Source of the DNA: a virus
Length of the DNA: 64,000 nucleotides
IMG/VR virus record: IMGVR_UViG_3300010244_000098
Strand: one strand, 5' to 3'
Part shown: positions 26,662 to 35,630 of the stretch, in pieces
How positions within the stretch are numbered: the stretch's first letter is position 1
How the letters are laid out: every line of letters begins with the position of its first letter
Translations under genes and position numbers: made by a program
Notes under the pieces: model-generated
Database searches by the model: none
The model's input: only the letters and a program-made list of their open reading frames with translations
What the model was told of the DNA's origin: nothing

Positions 26662-29600
26662 TTAGGTATAACTATACGACAAATCTCCAAAATCCATATC
26701 ATTCCCTTGGTCTTGTTGTTTTGTCTTATTGACCGCGTCTTTAGAGTAAGATTCGTTTGCACGAACCGCCTCTTTCAACATTTCGTGGTCGTAGGTCTCC
26801 TCATTGGGGGATTGTTCGTTTGTCGGAACACCCTGACCTTTTTGGAACTGCTTTAAGAAATCACGGTTGCTTTCATTCAAATCGCCTCGGTCGTTGGCTT
26901 TATACACCTGACCTCCTACGACTTTTTCTTCCGGTTGATGTTGACCGGCTAATTCTTTCATTTTCTCTTGTTTCTCCTTGATGAATGTTTTTTGCGCCTC
27001 ATATTGTTCCTTCGCTTGACCAAAATCACGGTCCAAATGTTTATGCACGTTCTTATAATCAACGTGATAAGGTTGAGAGTATTTTGTCTCCGTCACTTGT
27101 TTTGGATAAGCTGGATTCATTTCGTTCCACTCTTTGATTTTTTTCATGCCGTTTGCCCCATGTTTAGCCAAAATATCCAGAGTGTCGGAATTTTCAAAAG
27201 CATTTCGCTGGTGATTTCTCATCAATCCGGCGTTTTCTCTCGGAGAGTCCTCTGGCTCACGAAACGCTAATTGATAATAATCGACTTCTAAATCGGATAC
27301 GCTTAGTCCTGCGTCACTAAAAATAGATTTCATCCCTAAACGATACACACTCTCGCTATCGATAGGGGTATAATCATCTCCTTGTTTCAGATTTGATTTC
27401 CAATCGATTCTTTCCTCGTCGGCATAGAATTGTTTCATTTTTTCTGGATCATCCGAATAGAAATTCGGATAACGATCTGTCACCACGCCGTGATTGATGT
27501 CTGCATAAATAGATCCTTTGGCCGACCCTTTCGCATCCTCATTATACGTATTCGCTAACATATGGTCCATTTTACGAGCTAAAGCAACATCTGTTCCATT
27601 TGCCGCCTCCTCGAATGGACCGGGAGCACGGCCTGTTTGTACGTCGCCCACCCGTTTTGCTGTCTCCTCCGGTGTCTTTCCGAACATTTCTGAAGAAAAC
27701 TCAACCCATACAGGTTTGGACTCATCTGATTGTTGAACATCCTCTTTGTGTCCTTCGAATAATTTAGGCGATTCCTTCAAGAAACGTAACGCTGCCGGCA
27801 CGTCATTGGGGCTGTGTTTGATCTGCAGAATAGACTGAGACGCTGTTTCTGTCACATCCATCCCAACAGCCGCACCGGGAATGCGTCGACGTCCGCGGTA
27901 AAAATCATAATCCGCTAATACGTCCGTTACCTTCAATGTTTGAGCCCCGCTTCGTCCGATTTCGTCAACTTTTGTTTTCTGTGCTGTACGAACGGAGTTG
28001 ATATTATTCGGCGTCACACCATTTTTCAAATAAGGAGCGTTCCGTTCCTGAATGTCCGGTTCTTTTCCTTTCGCTCCGTCTTTAGCCATCGCGTATTGAG
28101 ACTCTAACAACGTATTTTCGTTTTGAATATCTACATACCGACTTGGATAATTATGACTATTTGTAGCCGTTACCTCAGTTAATTCTGATACTTTCGGGAA
28201 CGTATAGTCATCAATAACGTTTCGGTACGCTTCGTCATAAATAGCATTCCCTTGCTCAAGAATATCCCGATCCTCGTCAGACAACAATTCTGGACGAATG
28301 GCTTTATTCTCAACAATATTGTCAAAACGTTCTACATCGAAATCCTCATATTGAGATACAACATCGAATTGTTCATCAACCTGTCGCCATGTTTGTTCTT
28401 CGATATACTGAATGTAATCGTTCATGACGTCCTTGGGTTTGTTATCTTTGAAATAAGACGGGTCTTCCTGCTCTTTTCGTCCAGCCCATGATACTTGTTG
28501 ACGGAAGCCTTGTTCGCTGTCATCGTTAATCCATTCTTTCATGTAATCAACATTATCCATCCCTACATTGAGAATGGCTAATTCATTTCGTTTATCCATC
28601 ATGTTGTAGCGAATGTTTAATTTTTTGTCCCATTCCTGTTGAACTTCTTCGTCATCGATATAGGCAACTCCGAACGTATCGCCGTCAAAGTCAGCCCCCA
28701 TTGTGGCTGTCATCATTGGGTTGATGCTTACTCCAGTTAAACGTTCGTCAACACGATAGTCCATCGCAAAAACCGAACCATCATGGAGTACAGGGTCACG
28801 CCAAACCATGAGTTTGTCGCCTTCCGCCTCTTTTTTCGTCTGCCAATTTCCCCGGGCAGCTTCGTGGATTTTTGAAATGTTTCCAGTCTCCACTGCCTGT
28901 TCCCAGGATTCTTTGTCGATAGGTTCCAATACGCCGGCATTGATACCCATTGCCGGTGAAATACCCACTTTATCAAGTTCAAGAGACGTGTCGTTCGTTA
29001 GGATTGCTGTTGCCGAGTTCCGCATTTCTTTAGATAAAATTTTACGACGTGTGAACGACTGCTTGTTGCTTTTTCCATCAACACCAAACTGGTCTTTTTC
29101 AACACTGTTTTGATATTTGTTGACTTCTGTATCCAGCAATCGGGTTAGACGAGTGTAATCTTTTAAATTTTCTGATAAAGCCGTAGCCATAACTTCTCGA
29201 CTTTCATCACCTTTTACAGCATTGATCTCGTCCTTCATTTTTTCAGAAAATGGATAATTCGCTTTTTCTTTCATAAATTGATCATCGCCGGATTCATACA
29301 ATTGCTTCAAGTCATCTTCTGTGAGTTCAGGGTTCCCCATTCGCTCTTTAAAATCGTCCAGCCCTTGTTCATAAGTTAAAAGGTACTCCATTTGAAGATC
29401 TTCGACCTGTGAACCAAAATCAGCGATTCGATTTAACGACATTGTATAATCGTGTTCAACAAATTCTCCGTCGAATGATTTGGTTTCCCGACGCAAACGC
29501 TCTGCTAGGATGGGCATATAATTTGTTTGAACAGGACGAGGACTGTTGTCGTCTTTATAGGCCTTATGATTGATAGGCAGCTGCATATAAGACGCTTCTT

Positions 29601-32600
29601 CAGGCAGTCCGTATTCGGCAATATCTCTTGAAGATATCACTAGGAAGTCTTTGTCTCCATTTGGTGATTCAAACCGTTCAACCGACCCGTCTTCCTGCTC
29701 TCGTTCTTCGATATTCATGCCGTAACGTCCTTGACGCAACACGTTATCTTCGCCTGTTGTATATCCCAGAACATTTTGATAATGCAATAAATCTGCATGT
29801 TTTTTCTCGCTGTTGCCTAGAATATAACCGATTGTTTTGTCGGCTCCGTGGGACTGCAGAGCTAAACTTTGTTGGTAAGAAAACGTCCGATGACGCCCTA
29901 GATCCTGTAACTCATACAAATTCGTTTTATGTTCCGCGTCCATGTTCGTTACGATGACGGAAATTTCTCCGGCGTAGCCTCTAGTCTGTCCTTTGTTTGG
30001 ACCGTTCTGATAGGTGATAGCACCTTTACGGTCTTCGTTGGAATGGATCAACTCTTGTCCAAGCCCCATGTTCGCACGGCTTGTCATCCCGTAAGGGGAC
30101 TGAATCATATCCAATGGATACCCACTGTCTTCTGCGTCTTTAAATGCTTGTTCTGCGTCCTCATTATACCCGGGGTGGTTCGGATCCAGGCCTGAGATGT
30201 ACCCGATCACTCCTTTGTTGGAATGGTTATCGGCCAGTTTGTCCCCGATACGCAGTCCATGTTCTTCAGCAAACTCATCAGAAACAACAATAGAGTCCTC
30301 AAACGTTAGTCCACCGGCTGTCATCAACCCCACTCGTACACGGTCCCGTTCTTCTTCTTTGTCGAGTGGACCGCCGATGATGTCTTTGGCTACTTCACTC
30401 ATTTTCGATGTCATCAACACCCGATCCGGCGAGTCATATTGAGCATAATTACCGCGCATTCGCCGCACCATTGGACTGGCGTACATATAACGATGATTGC
30501 GTGTGCCTTCGTATAACTCTCGAAATGCTTCGTTTTGAGCATCTCGATTTCCTTGCTCACGGGCTGTCGTCCACCGGTTGAACGTTTCGGCTAAGTCGGG
30601 GCGTTCAAGGTTAGGGATCTCATCCAGAATTTTCTTCAATGGTTTTGATGCCTGTTGGCCTGTTACCCAGCGCTCTAACGGTGTTTCTTCTCCGTTGTCG
30701 CGGTGGAGCATACCCAATTGACCTGTTCGTTCAAAATTGAAACCTTTTTCTCCTTTATTTTCTTCAATGAAGTCCATAAATTCTTCCGTAAAATACCCGC
30801 GAAGTCCTAACGTTGCGCCGTCACTGGACGCTTGTGCGTCATACACGCCTTCAAGCCCTCTCAGTGGCAGACGAATAGATTGAGGTTGTCCGTACTGGTC
30901 TCTATCTTCTTTTGATTGTGGACGGGAATCTTCGCGAAGCTCTCCGTCACGATTCAGGTAGCTTTTATCAATTAAGAACGAATTACGCAAATGTTCAACA
31001 ACACCGGGACGGTCCATTCTTTCTCGGTCGATACGGCCCATGTCTTCATATGCTTTATTCATTCTTGTTACGTCATACATTTGATCACGGTCGGCTGACG
31101 CGTCGTTTCGTCGAGTCAACACCTGCGACTTCACAGAAGCATGGATAGCGGAGTGCATTTTTTGATCCAATCCTGTGATTTTCATGCGTTCCAGTATATG
31201 TGATTTATTCTGTGTTGGTGGGACAAACGCTACGTTGTAGTTATCAACACGCAAGTCTTCACGGCCATTTCCTCGGCGCAGGTCGAGAACGCCTTCCTTA
31301 CGGAGAAGGTTTCCGTCTCCGTCATATTCATTCTCTCTAGCCGGGAAAAAGAATTGACCCATTTTGAATTGAACCGGTTCAGATTCAATCACCTCGTTCG
31401 TCTGAGAATCAAACGCCGTGCCCCGGTCTCCGCCCCAGTGGAGCACGCCATCGTTGTCAAAACGGCCCTGGAAATGGCGAATACCCGCTTCTTCTGCCGC
31501 ACGTTTAGTCGTACGTAACACTTTTTCATAATCTTCCTTGTTCGATGTTTTTTCCAGATCCATCCAGCCGGCTAAAGGCTGGTCGGCATCGTCTGTTAAA
31601 CCTACCATCATGTTGGCGATTCGTTCACGAGAGCCTTGTTGCACCTCTACTTCTTCCTCTGCGGTGTGATCCAGGCTATCTTCGTCGTATCCTTCGTTTT
31701 GTGCCTCTGAGTTATATGATCTGTCTTCATTATGTAAAGGTTCACGTTTTCCATACATCAATTCATTACGGATATCGTCGATCGACTGACCCTGATTCAA
31801 CCGTTCCTCCGTATCATCATGCACCAGCCGCATAATTGTACCCATGTCTGAATGACGCATAACAACATCCATATCGATATCGTCCATGTTGATCGATCCA
31901 TCTTCATGGCGCACATCGTCTAAATCAATCAAACTGTCCACTTCGTTTTCATCACTGGACAATTGAGCTTTTTCGTACGCCTGCTCAACAAGTTCTGTCA
32001 TGGTCTGCGGTTGTAACAACTGGTCAACCTCTTGACGTTTGTAAGATTGAGGGTGACGTGTTCGTGAAGGCGTATTATGACCAATTGTAAACGATACATC
32101 ATAGCGGATAGAATTTCCTGAAGCGGATCTTTTTAGATCGGAATCTTTATTCATTCCTACGCTTGTAGCGTCAGACAAGGTTTTTGCTTTATGTACATCG
32201 AAGTGTTGATATTTCGATAAATCGGTCCCTTCCATGAAATATTCAACAGCAGGAATCAGAGACGCCGTTGACTCCCTTCCATCGCTGGCTCTGGCCAACA
32301 AATGACTGTTACGGAACACTGTGTTTCCATTCACATAAAATTTTCCTAAATCTTTTTCTTTCGGTGTAAATCCTAAAACATCAATCTGATTATTTCCAGA
32401 TTGAACAGTGAAACGTAAATCTTCTTGATTTACCCCGGTTACATGGACGTTCTTCATTGTCCATCCTTTTTCGTCCAGTTTTTGCTTCAAGCTTGTTCCG
32501 AAAGCGATCATACGCGGAGACAAGACGCGTTTATCCGATAAACCCCCTTTTTGCAACTCTCTAATTTGAGCAGGTGTCAGATTTAAATTAGCCTGGCTTA

Positions 32601-32964
32601 ATACGCCGTGAGGGTCTCGATTGATTTTTGGGTTATGACCCATTGAAAAGGCGCTGTTTACATCAATAAGCTCCTTTAATGAATAATAATTCACGTTGTC
32701 TTCAAAACGATTATTAGCCATTTTAGTATAAAATTCTCCATCATACCCTCGACCGTTGTCGTTTCGTAACTCACTCATCGCTTGGTTGGACGCCTGTTTC
32801 TTATCGTCTCCCGATAACCGTTGAGCGAAAGGAACATTTTGATGTGTTACATCGTACTTTAACCCGCTCGGGCGTCTGCGATTCGGCAGACTGTCCAGAT
32901 ATGTATCGTAATCTTGTTGATTTTCAATTTTAGGTTTTCCATTTTTCGTTAATTGTAAATCCAT
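26662..32964 (-). CDS. Single-polypeptide two-barrel (double-psi beta-barrel) DNA-dependent RNA polymerase, beta/beta' fusion
   Basis: Beta-like: SSDGATLGL, DSPDRVLMTSKM, TFEDSIVVS (E889/D890), GDKLADNHSNKG (K909/K917), SPYGMTSRANMG, RTFSYQQSLALQSHGA. Beta'-like: ILSKEMRNSATAIL, VWRDPVLH, INPMMTATMGADFDGD (D1425/D1427/D1429), bridge-helix-like VRTAQKTKVDEIGRSGAQTLKVTDV, trigger-loop-like AVGMDVTETASQSILQIKH (H1717). Confidence 0.93.
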   Translation of the reverse strand: MDLQLTKNGKPKIENQQDYDTYLDSLPNRRRPSGLKYDVTHQNVPFAQRLSGDDKKQASNQAMSELRNDNGRGYDGEFYTKMANNRFEDNVNYYSLKELIDVNSAFSMGHNPKINRDPHGVLSQANLNLTPAQIRELQKGGLSDKRVLSPRMIAFGTSLKQKLDEKGWTMKNVHVTGVNQEDLRFTVQSGNNQIDVLGFTPKEKDLGKFYVNGNTVFRNSHLLARASDGRESTASLIPAVEYFMEGTDLSKYQHFDVHKAKTLSDATSVGMNKDSDLKRSASGNSIRYDVSFTIGHNTPSRTRHPQSYKRQEVDQLLQPQTMTELVEQAYEKAQLSSDENEVDSLIDLDDVRHEDGSINMDDIDMDVVMRHSDMGTIMRLVHDDTEERLNQGQSIDDIRNELMYGKREPLHNEDRSYNSEAQNEGYDEDSLDHTAEEEVEVQQGSRERIANMMVGLTDDADQPLAGWMDLEKTSNKEDYEKVLRTTKRAAEEAGIRHFQGRFDNDGVLHWGGDRGTAFDSQTNEVIESEPVQFKMGQFFFPARENEYDGDGNLLRKEGVLDLRRGNGREDLRVDNYNVAFVPPTQNKSHILERMKITGLDQKMHSAIHASVKSQVLTRRNDASADRDQMYDVTRMNKAYEDMGRIDRERMDRPGVVEHLRNSFLIDKSYLNRDGELREDSRPQSKEDRDQYGQPQSIRLPLRGLEGVYDAQASSDGATLGLRGYFTEEFMDFIEENKGEKGFNFERTGQLGMLHRDNGEETPLERWVTGQQASKPLKKILDEIPNLERPDLAETFNRWTTAREQGNRDAQNEAFRELYEGTRNHRYMYASPMVRRMRGNYAQYDSPDRVLMTSKMSEVAKDIIGGPLDKEEERDRVRVGLMTAGGLTFEDSIVVSDEFAEEHGLRIGDKLADNHSNKGVIGYISGLDPNHPGYNEDAEQAFKDAEDSGYPLDMIQSPYGMTSRANMGLGQELIHSNEDRKGAITYQNGPNKGQTRGYAGEISVIVTNMDAEHKTNLYELQDLGRHRTFSYQQSLALQSHGADKTIGYILGNSEKKHADLLHYQNVLGYTTGEDNVLRQGRYGMNIEEREQEDGSVERFESPNGDKDFLVISSRDIAEYGLPEEASYMQLPINHKAYKDDNSPRPVQTNYMPILAERLRRETKSFDGEFVEHDYTMSLNRIADFGSQVEDLQMEYLLTYEQGLDDFKERMGNPELTEDDLKQLYESGDDQFMKEKANYPFSEKMKDEINAVKGDESREVMATALSENLKDYTRLTRLLDTEVNKYQNSVEKDQFGVDGKSNKQSFTRRKILSKEMRNSATAILTNDTSLELDKVGISPAMGINAGVLEPIDKESWEQAVETGNISKIHEAARGNWQTKKEAEGDKLMVWRDPVLHDGSVFAMDYRVDERLTGVSINPMMTATMGADFDGDTFGVAYIDDEEVQQEWDKKLNIRYNMMDKRNELAILNVGMDNVDYMKEWINDDSEQGFRQQVSWAGRKEQEDPSYFKDNKPKDVMNDYIQYIEEQTWRQVDEQFDVVSQYEDFDVERFDNIVENKAIRPELLSDEDRDILEQGNAIYDEAYRNVIDDYTFPKVSELTEVTATNSHNYPSRYVDIQNENTLLESQYAMAKDGAKGKEPDIQERNAPYLKNGVTPNNINSVRTAQKTKVDEIGRSGAQTLKVTDVLADYDFYRGRRRIPGAAVGMDVTETASQSILQIKHSPNDVPAALRFLKESPKLFEGHKEDVQQSDESKPVWVEFSSEMFGKTPEETAKRVGDVQTGRAPGPFEEAANGTDVALARKMDHMLANTYNEDAKGSAKGSIYADINHGVVTDRYPNFYSDDPEKMKQFYADEERIDWKSNLKQGDDYTPIDSESVYRLGMKSIFSDAGLSVSDLEVDYYQLAFREPEDSPRENAGLMRNHQRNAFENSDTLDILAKHGANGMKKIKEWNEMNPAYPKQVTETKYSQPYHVDYKNVHKHLDRDFGQAKEQYEAQKTFIKEKQEKMKELAGQHQPEEKVVGGQVYKANDRGDLNESNRDFLKQFQKGQGVPTNEQSPNEETYDHEMLKEAVRANESYSKDAVNKTKQQDQGNDMDFGDLSYSYT

Positions 32965-32998
32965 AAACGTCCTTCTTTCCCTTTATGATTGTGATTTC

Positions 32999-33040
32999 AG
33001 TGTAACACGGAGGCCTGTGCTCCTATGGAATTTTTCACAA
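32999..33040 (-). promoter_or_regulatory. RNAP-gene promoter with extended -10 and the conserved 21-bp upstream box
   Basis: Minus strand: TTGTGAAAAATTCCATAGGAG (33020-33040), 11 nt, GTGtTACACT (-10 at 32999-33004); same box and spacing as at 26599-26619. Confidence 0.65.
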
Positions 33041-33067
33041 AAAAACAGAGGGTCGTCCCCTCTGTTT
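33041..33067 (-). terminator. Intrinsic terminator after the VirB4-like gene
   Basis: Perfect AAACAGAGGG-tcgtc-CCCTCTGTTT stem with a T-run on the minus strand. Confidence 0.8.
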
Positions 33068-33086
33068 CATCAAGAAATGACAGTCT

Positions 33087-34979
33087 TTAAATAACTAAGT
33101 CCCATAAAAAGACGACATTTTTTGTGTTCCTTCGTAGATAATAATACTTTGGATTCCCGTCTGTAATCTCTTTGACAAGCTGAGACGGCAATTCTCCCTG
33201 GACAGCACGGCTGTAATTGGAAATGTCCACGCTGGACATGGACCCTGTAATGACAGTATCTGCTGATTCAAAAAACGGGCTGTCAATCATTTTCTTCACG
33301 TTATTGAAGCTGATGACCAATTTGACACTCATGTCCTGCAGGAAGTTTCTTTGATTATTGATGTATTCCCAAACCTCGGGTGTAATCGACTCTGCTCCAT
33401 AAATATGAATCACGTCGTGTTCTTTGATCTCCCCAAGCATATAAGTAAAGATGTTGATAAATTGAGCCATCAAAACGTCAACCCCGTTTTGTCTCAGTTT
33501 CGCAAAGGGAAAAATCTTACGTGGCTTATTGCGAAGTTCCGAATCATCAAACGAGGTATGGGTGTCGAATAAATCGCCATAAGACGTCTGCATGACCGAT
33601 ACCATATTCACGAGTCGTTTGAACCCCGCTGCCAACTCTTTGTTCTGTCCGACAGTCGCTGTTCCTTCTGCATGGATACGGTACTGCGATGATAAATAAG
33701 GAATTAATTTGTTTAGACGAGGCACTTCCGTATAATCATCTAAACCAACCATACGCAGACGGTCCCGGTTCTCTTGCGGGTTTTCCGACCACATGCCTTG
33801 TTGAATATAAAAGCCGTCTAAGGCTTCATCAAAAAGCATTAAATCATCTTTGGTCATATCCTCGTTCAACTGTTGAACCATCAGTTTCAACTTGTTTTTA
33901 AGAATAGCGTACGCCGACAATTCATTCTCTACGTCACCAAACGCTTGAAGGGGGTTGATCATCCCTTTATCCATTTGAACTTTAGCTGTCGAGTTTTTCA
34001 AATCCGCTCCAATCTGAGTCGGATCTTCGTTGTTCAATACAAGTTCATAGACATTTCGTCCTTTGAGCAGTTCGTTTTGAGCGAAGAAAGTCTGCCATGC
34101 TGCTTGAGCACTGAAATCGTATGGTTGTTTCCGACCAGCCATGATTGCTTTTCCGTTCGCCCCAATCAACGTCACGTCTCCGGCTGTATCCGTATCGTAC
34201 ATGACAGGGGTTTGATTCACGTCCCCGACGGTCATTCCAATATAATCCCCGTTGGGGTCACGCCAGCCTTTTCCTACAAATGGATAAAACCCGGCGAACT
34301 CCACGGACGTGTATCCGTCGTGGTGGCCCAACTGCGATGTAGCAGGGCCTAACATGTTTCTAAAGTCATCCTGTTGTTGGCCGATGTTCTGTGTCAATCG
34401 AGCTGAACCAAAACGTGTTTGGTAACGGCGGGATAATTCGGTAATCGTCTCAGTCAATTCCTCTTTCGTTGGGGCAAACAATAAAATTTTCGATGTAACG
34501 TCCAGATAAGACGCGCCTCCGGCAATTTCGCTTGTTGACACCCGATGATCCACGGCTCGTTTCCGGCTACGGTCAGCCTCTAACGCCTGACGCGCCATTT
34601 TCGCTTCCTCATGAGCTGTCTCAGATACTTCTGAAGCTACGGCCGAATGAGACTCCACCCAGCTCTCAGGGCGTGTCTGAAAGGCTACAATGAGCCTTGC
34701 TGTAACAGACCTGTTTTTCGTTACCGGAATCAATCGACTTCCCCACATTGGAGGCAATTGATTCACTGCACCAGCATCTGCTATAAATGTCAGAATAGCC
34801 CCGTAACTCAATCCGGTTTGGAAATAGTCTGAATAAAATTTTAAATTTCCGAAAGGAGCGATTTCTTGAAGAAAGGAATCAGATAACTTCCCTTTCGGTT
34901 TTTTCTTTTGTTTCTCTTTTGATTTTCCCTGCGTTTGATCCTTTCCTTTTCCCAATCGTTGTTTGATGCCTTCTAACAC
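33087..34979 (-). CDS. VirB4/TraE-like conjugation ATPase homolog with degenerate Walker motifs
   Basis: VirB4-like layout (FYPFVGKGWRDPNGDYIG..NQTPVMYD, INPLQ, LFDTHTSFD, IFPFAKL) and location among transfer genes. The Walker A position reads LIGANGKAIMAGRK and the Walker B position VIHIYGAES. Confidence 0.65.
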   Translation of the reverse strand: MLEGIKQRLGKGKDQTQGKSKEKQKKKPKGKLSDSFLQEIAPFGNLKFYSDYFQTGLSYGAILTFIADAGAVNQLPPMWGSRLIPVTKNRSVTARLIVAFQTRPESWVESHSAVASEVSETAHEEAKMARQALEADRSRKRAVDHRVSTSEIAGGASYLDVTSKILLFAPTKEELTETITELSRRYQTRFGSARLTQNIGQQQDDFRNMLGPATSQLGHHDGYTSVEFAGFYPFVGKGWRDPNGDYIGMTVGDVNQTPVMYDTDTAGDVTLIGANGKAIMAGRKQPYDFSAQAAWQTFFAQNELLKGRNVYELVLNNEDPTQIGADLKNSTAKVQMDKGMINPLQAFGDVENELSAYAILKNKLKLMVQQLNEDMTKDDLMLFDEALDGFYIQQGMWSENPQENRDRLRMVGLDDYTEVPRLNKLIPYLSSQYRIHAEGTATVGQNKELAAGFKRLVNMVSVMQTSYGDLFDTHTSFDDSELRNKPRKIFPFAKLRQNGVDVLMAQFINIFTYMLGEIKEHDVIHIYGAESITPEVWEYINNQRNFLQDMSVKLVISFNNVKKMIDSPFFESADTVITGSMSSVDISNYSRAVQGELPSQLVKEITDGNPKYYYLRRNTKNVVFLWDLVI

Positions 34980-34996
34980 GTTATCAAACTCCTTTC

Positions 34997-35305
34997 TCAG
35001 TCCTTTTCCGTCAGCGCCGTCATGATGATATTTCGCAATAATGCAGAGCGTTTAATGCCCCTGTTATCGCAAATCTCATGAATCTTCTCAACAACCTCAA
35101 CAGGCAATTGAACCGTTGCCTGTTGTTTTGGCCGTTCGTTGAATACATTTAAATCATACGGTTTTTTATACCATTCGAGAACCAATTGACGTGTTAAGGC
35201 TGCTTCAGTAAGAAATAACGACTGAGCTTCCTCCTTTAAAAGTTCAAGGCCCGTAGCAGGAATTCTAAAATGAACACGTTTGAACGTTGTGTCTTCTAAG
35301 TTCAT
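34997..35305 (-). CDS. Tandem ribbon-helix-helix protein
   Basis: RVHFRIPATGLELLKEEA...EAALTRQLV and QATVQLPVEVVEKIHEIC..RGIKRSALLRNII. Confidence 0.7.
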   Translation of the reverse strand: MNLEDTTFKRVHFRIPATGLELLKEEAQSLFLTEAALTRQLVLEWYKKPYDLNVFNERPKQQATVQLPVEVVEKIHEICDNRGIKRSALLRNIIMTALTEKD

Positions 35306-35319
35306 TTGTTTACTCCTCC

Positions 35320-35619
35320 TCAGCGGTCCTCTACAAAAAGCACATCGTCCTTGCTCCGGACATAGCCGAAACTTTTCTCTGCGTCTTGTAAAGCAACCGC
35401 GTCTTCTGTTTTATCTGTTACGTAGTAGGATGTCATGCTTTCTGTATTATCACCGGCATACCCGTCTACCCGGTCTCCTTTTTGGAGATCGGCCCATTCG
35501 TCAGCACCTGCCAGCGTAATGGTGTCGGGACCGATACTTGCCGCTTCCAACGCGGAGTGACCCAGACTACGAACGTTATACCATCCTAACGTATCCCAGG
35601 CAAACGCTCCGGATACCAT
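35320..35619 (-). CDS. Hypothetical protein (99 aa)
   Basis: ORF within the operon; no motif recognised. Confidence 0.55.
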   Translation of the reverse strand: MVSGAFAWDTLGWYNVRSLGHSALEAASIGPDTITLAGADEWADLQKGDRVDGYAGDNTESMTSYYVTDKTEDAVALQDAEKSFGYVRSKDDVLFVEDR

Positions 35620-35630
35620 TATTGCGATGA

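Noticed and set aside
26757-31835. Many 60-110-aa plus-strand ORFs inside the RNAP gene and other long genes
   Set aside because: Antisense shadow ORFs without RBS or motifs.
26662-32964. Host rpoB/rpoC (or an rpoBC fusion)
   Set aside because: The motifs are highly diverged, the flap-containing interval is missing, the chain is shorter than beta plus beta', and no ribosomal-protein operon flanks it.
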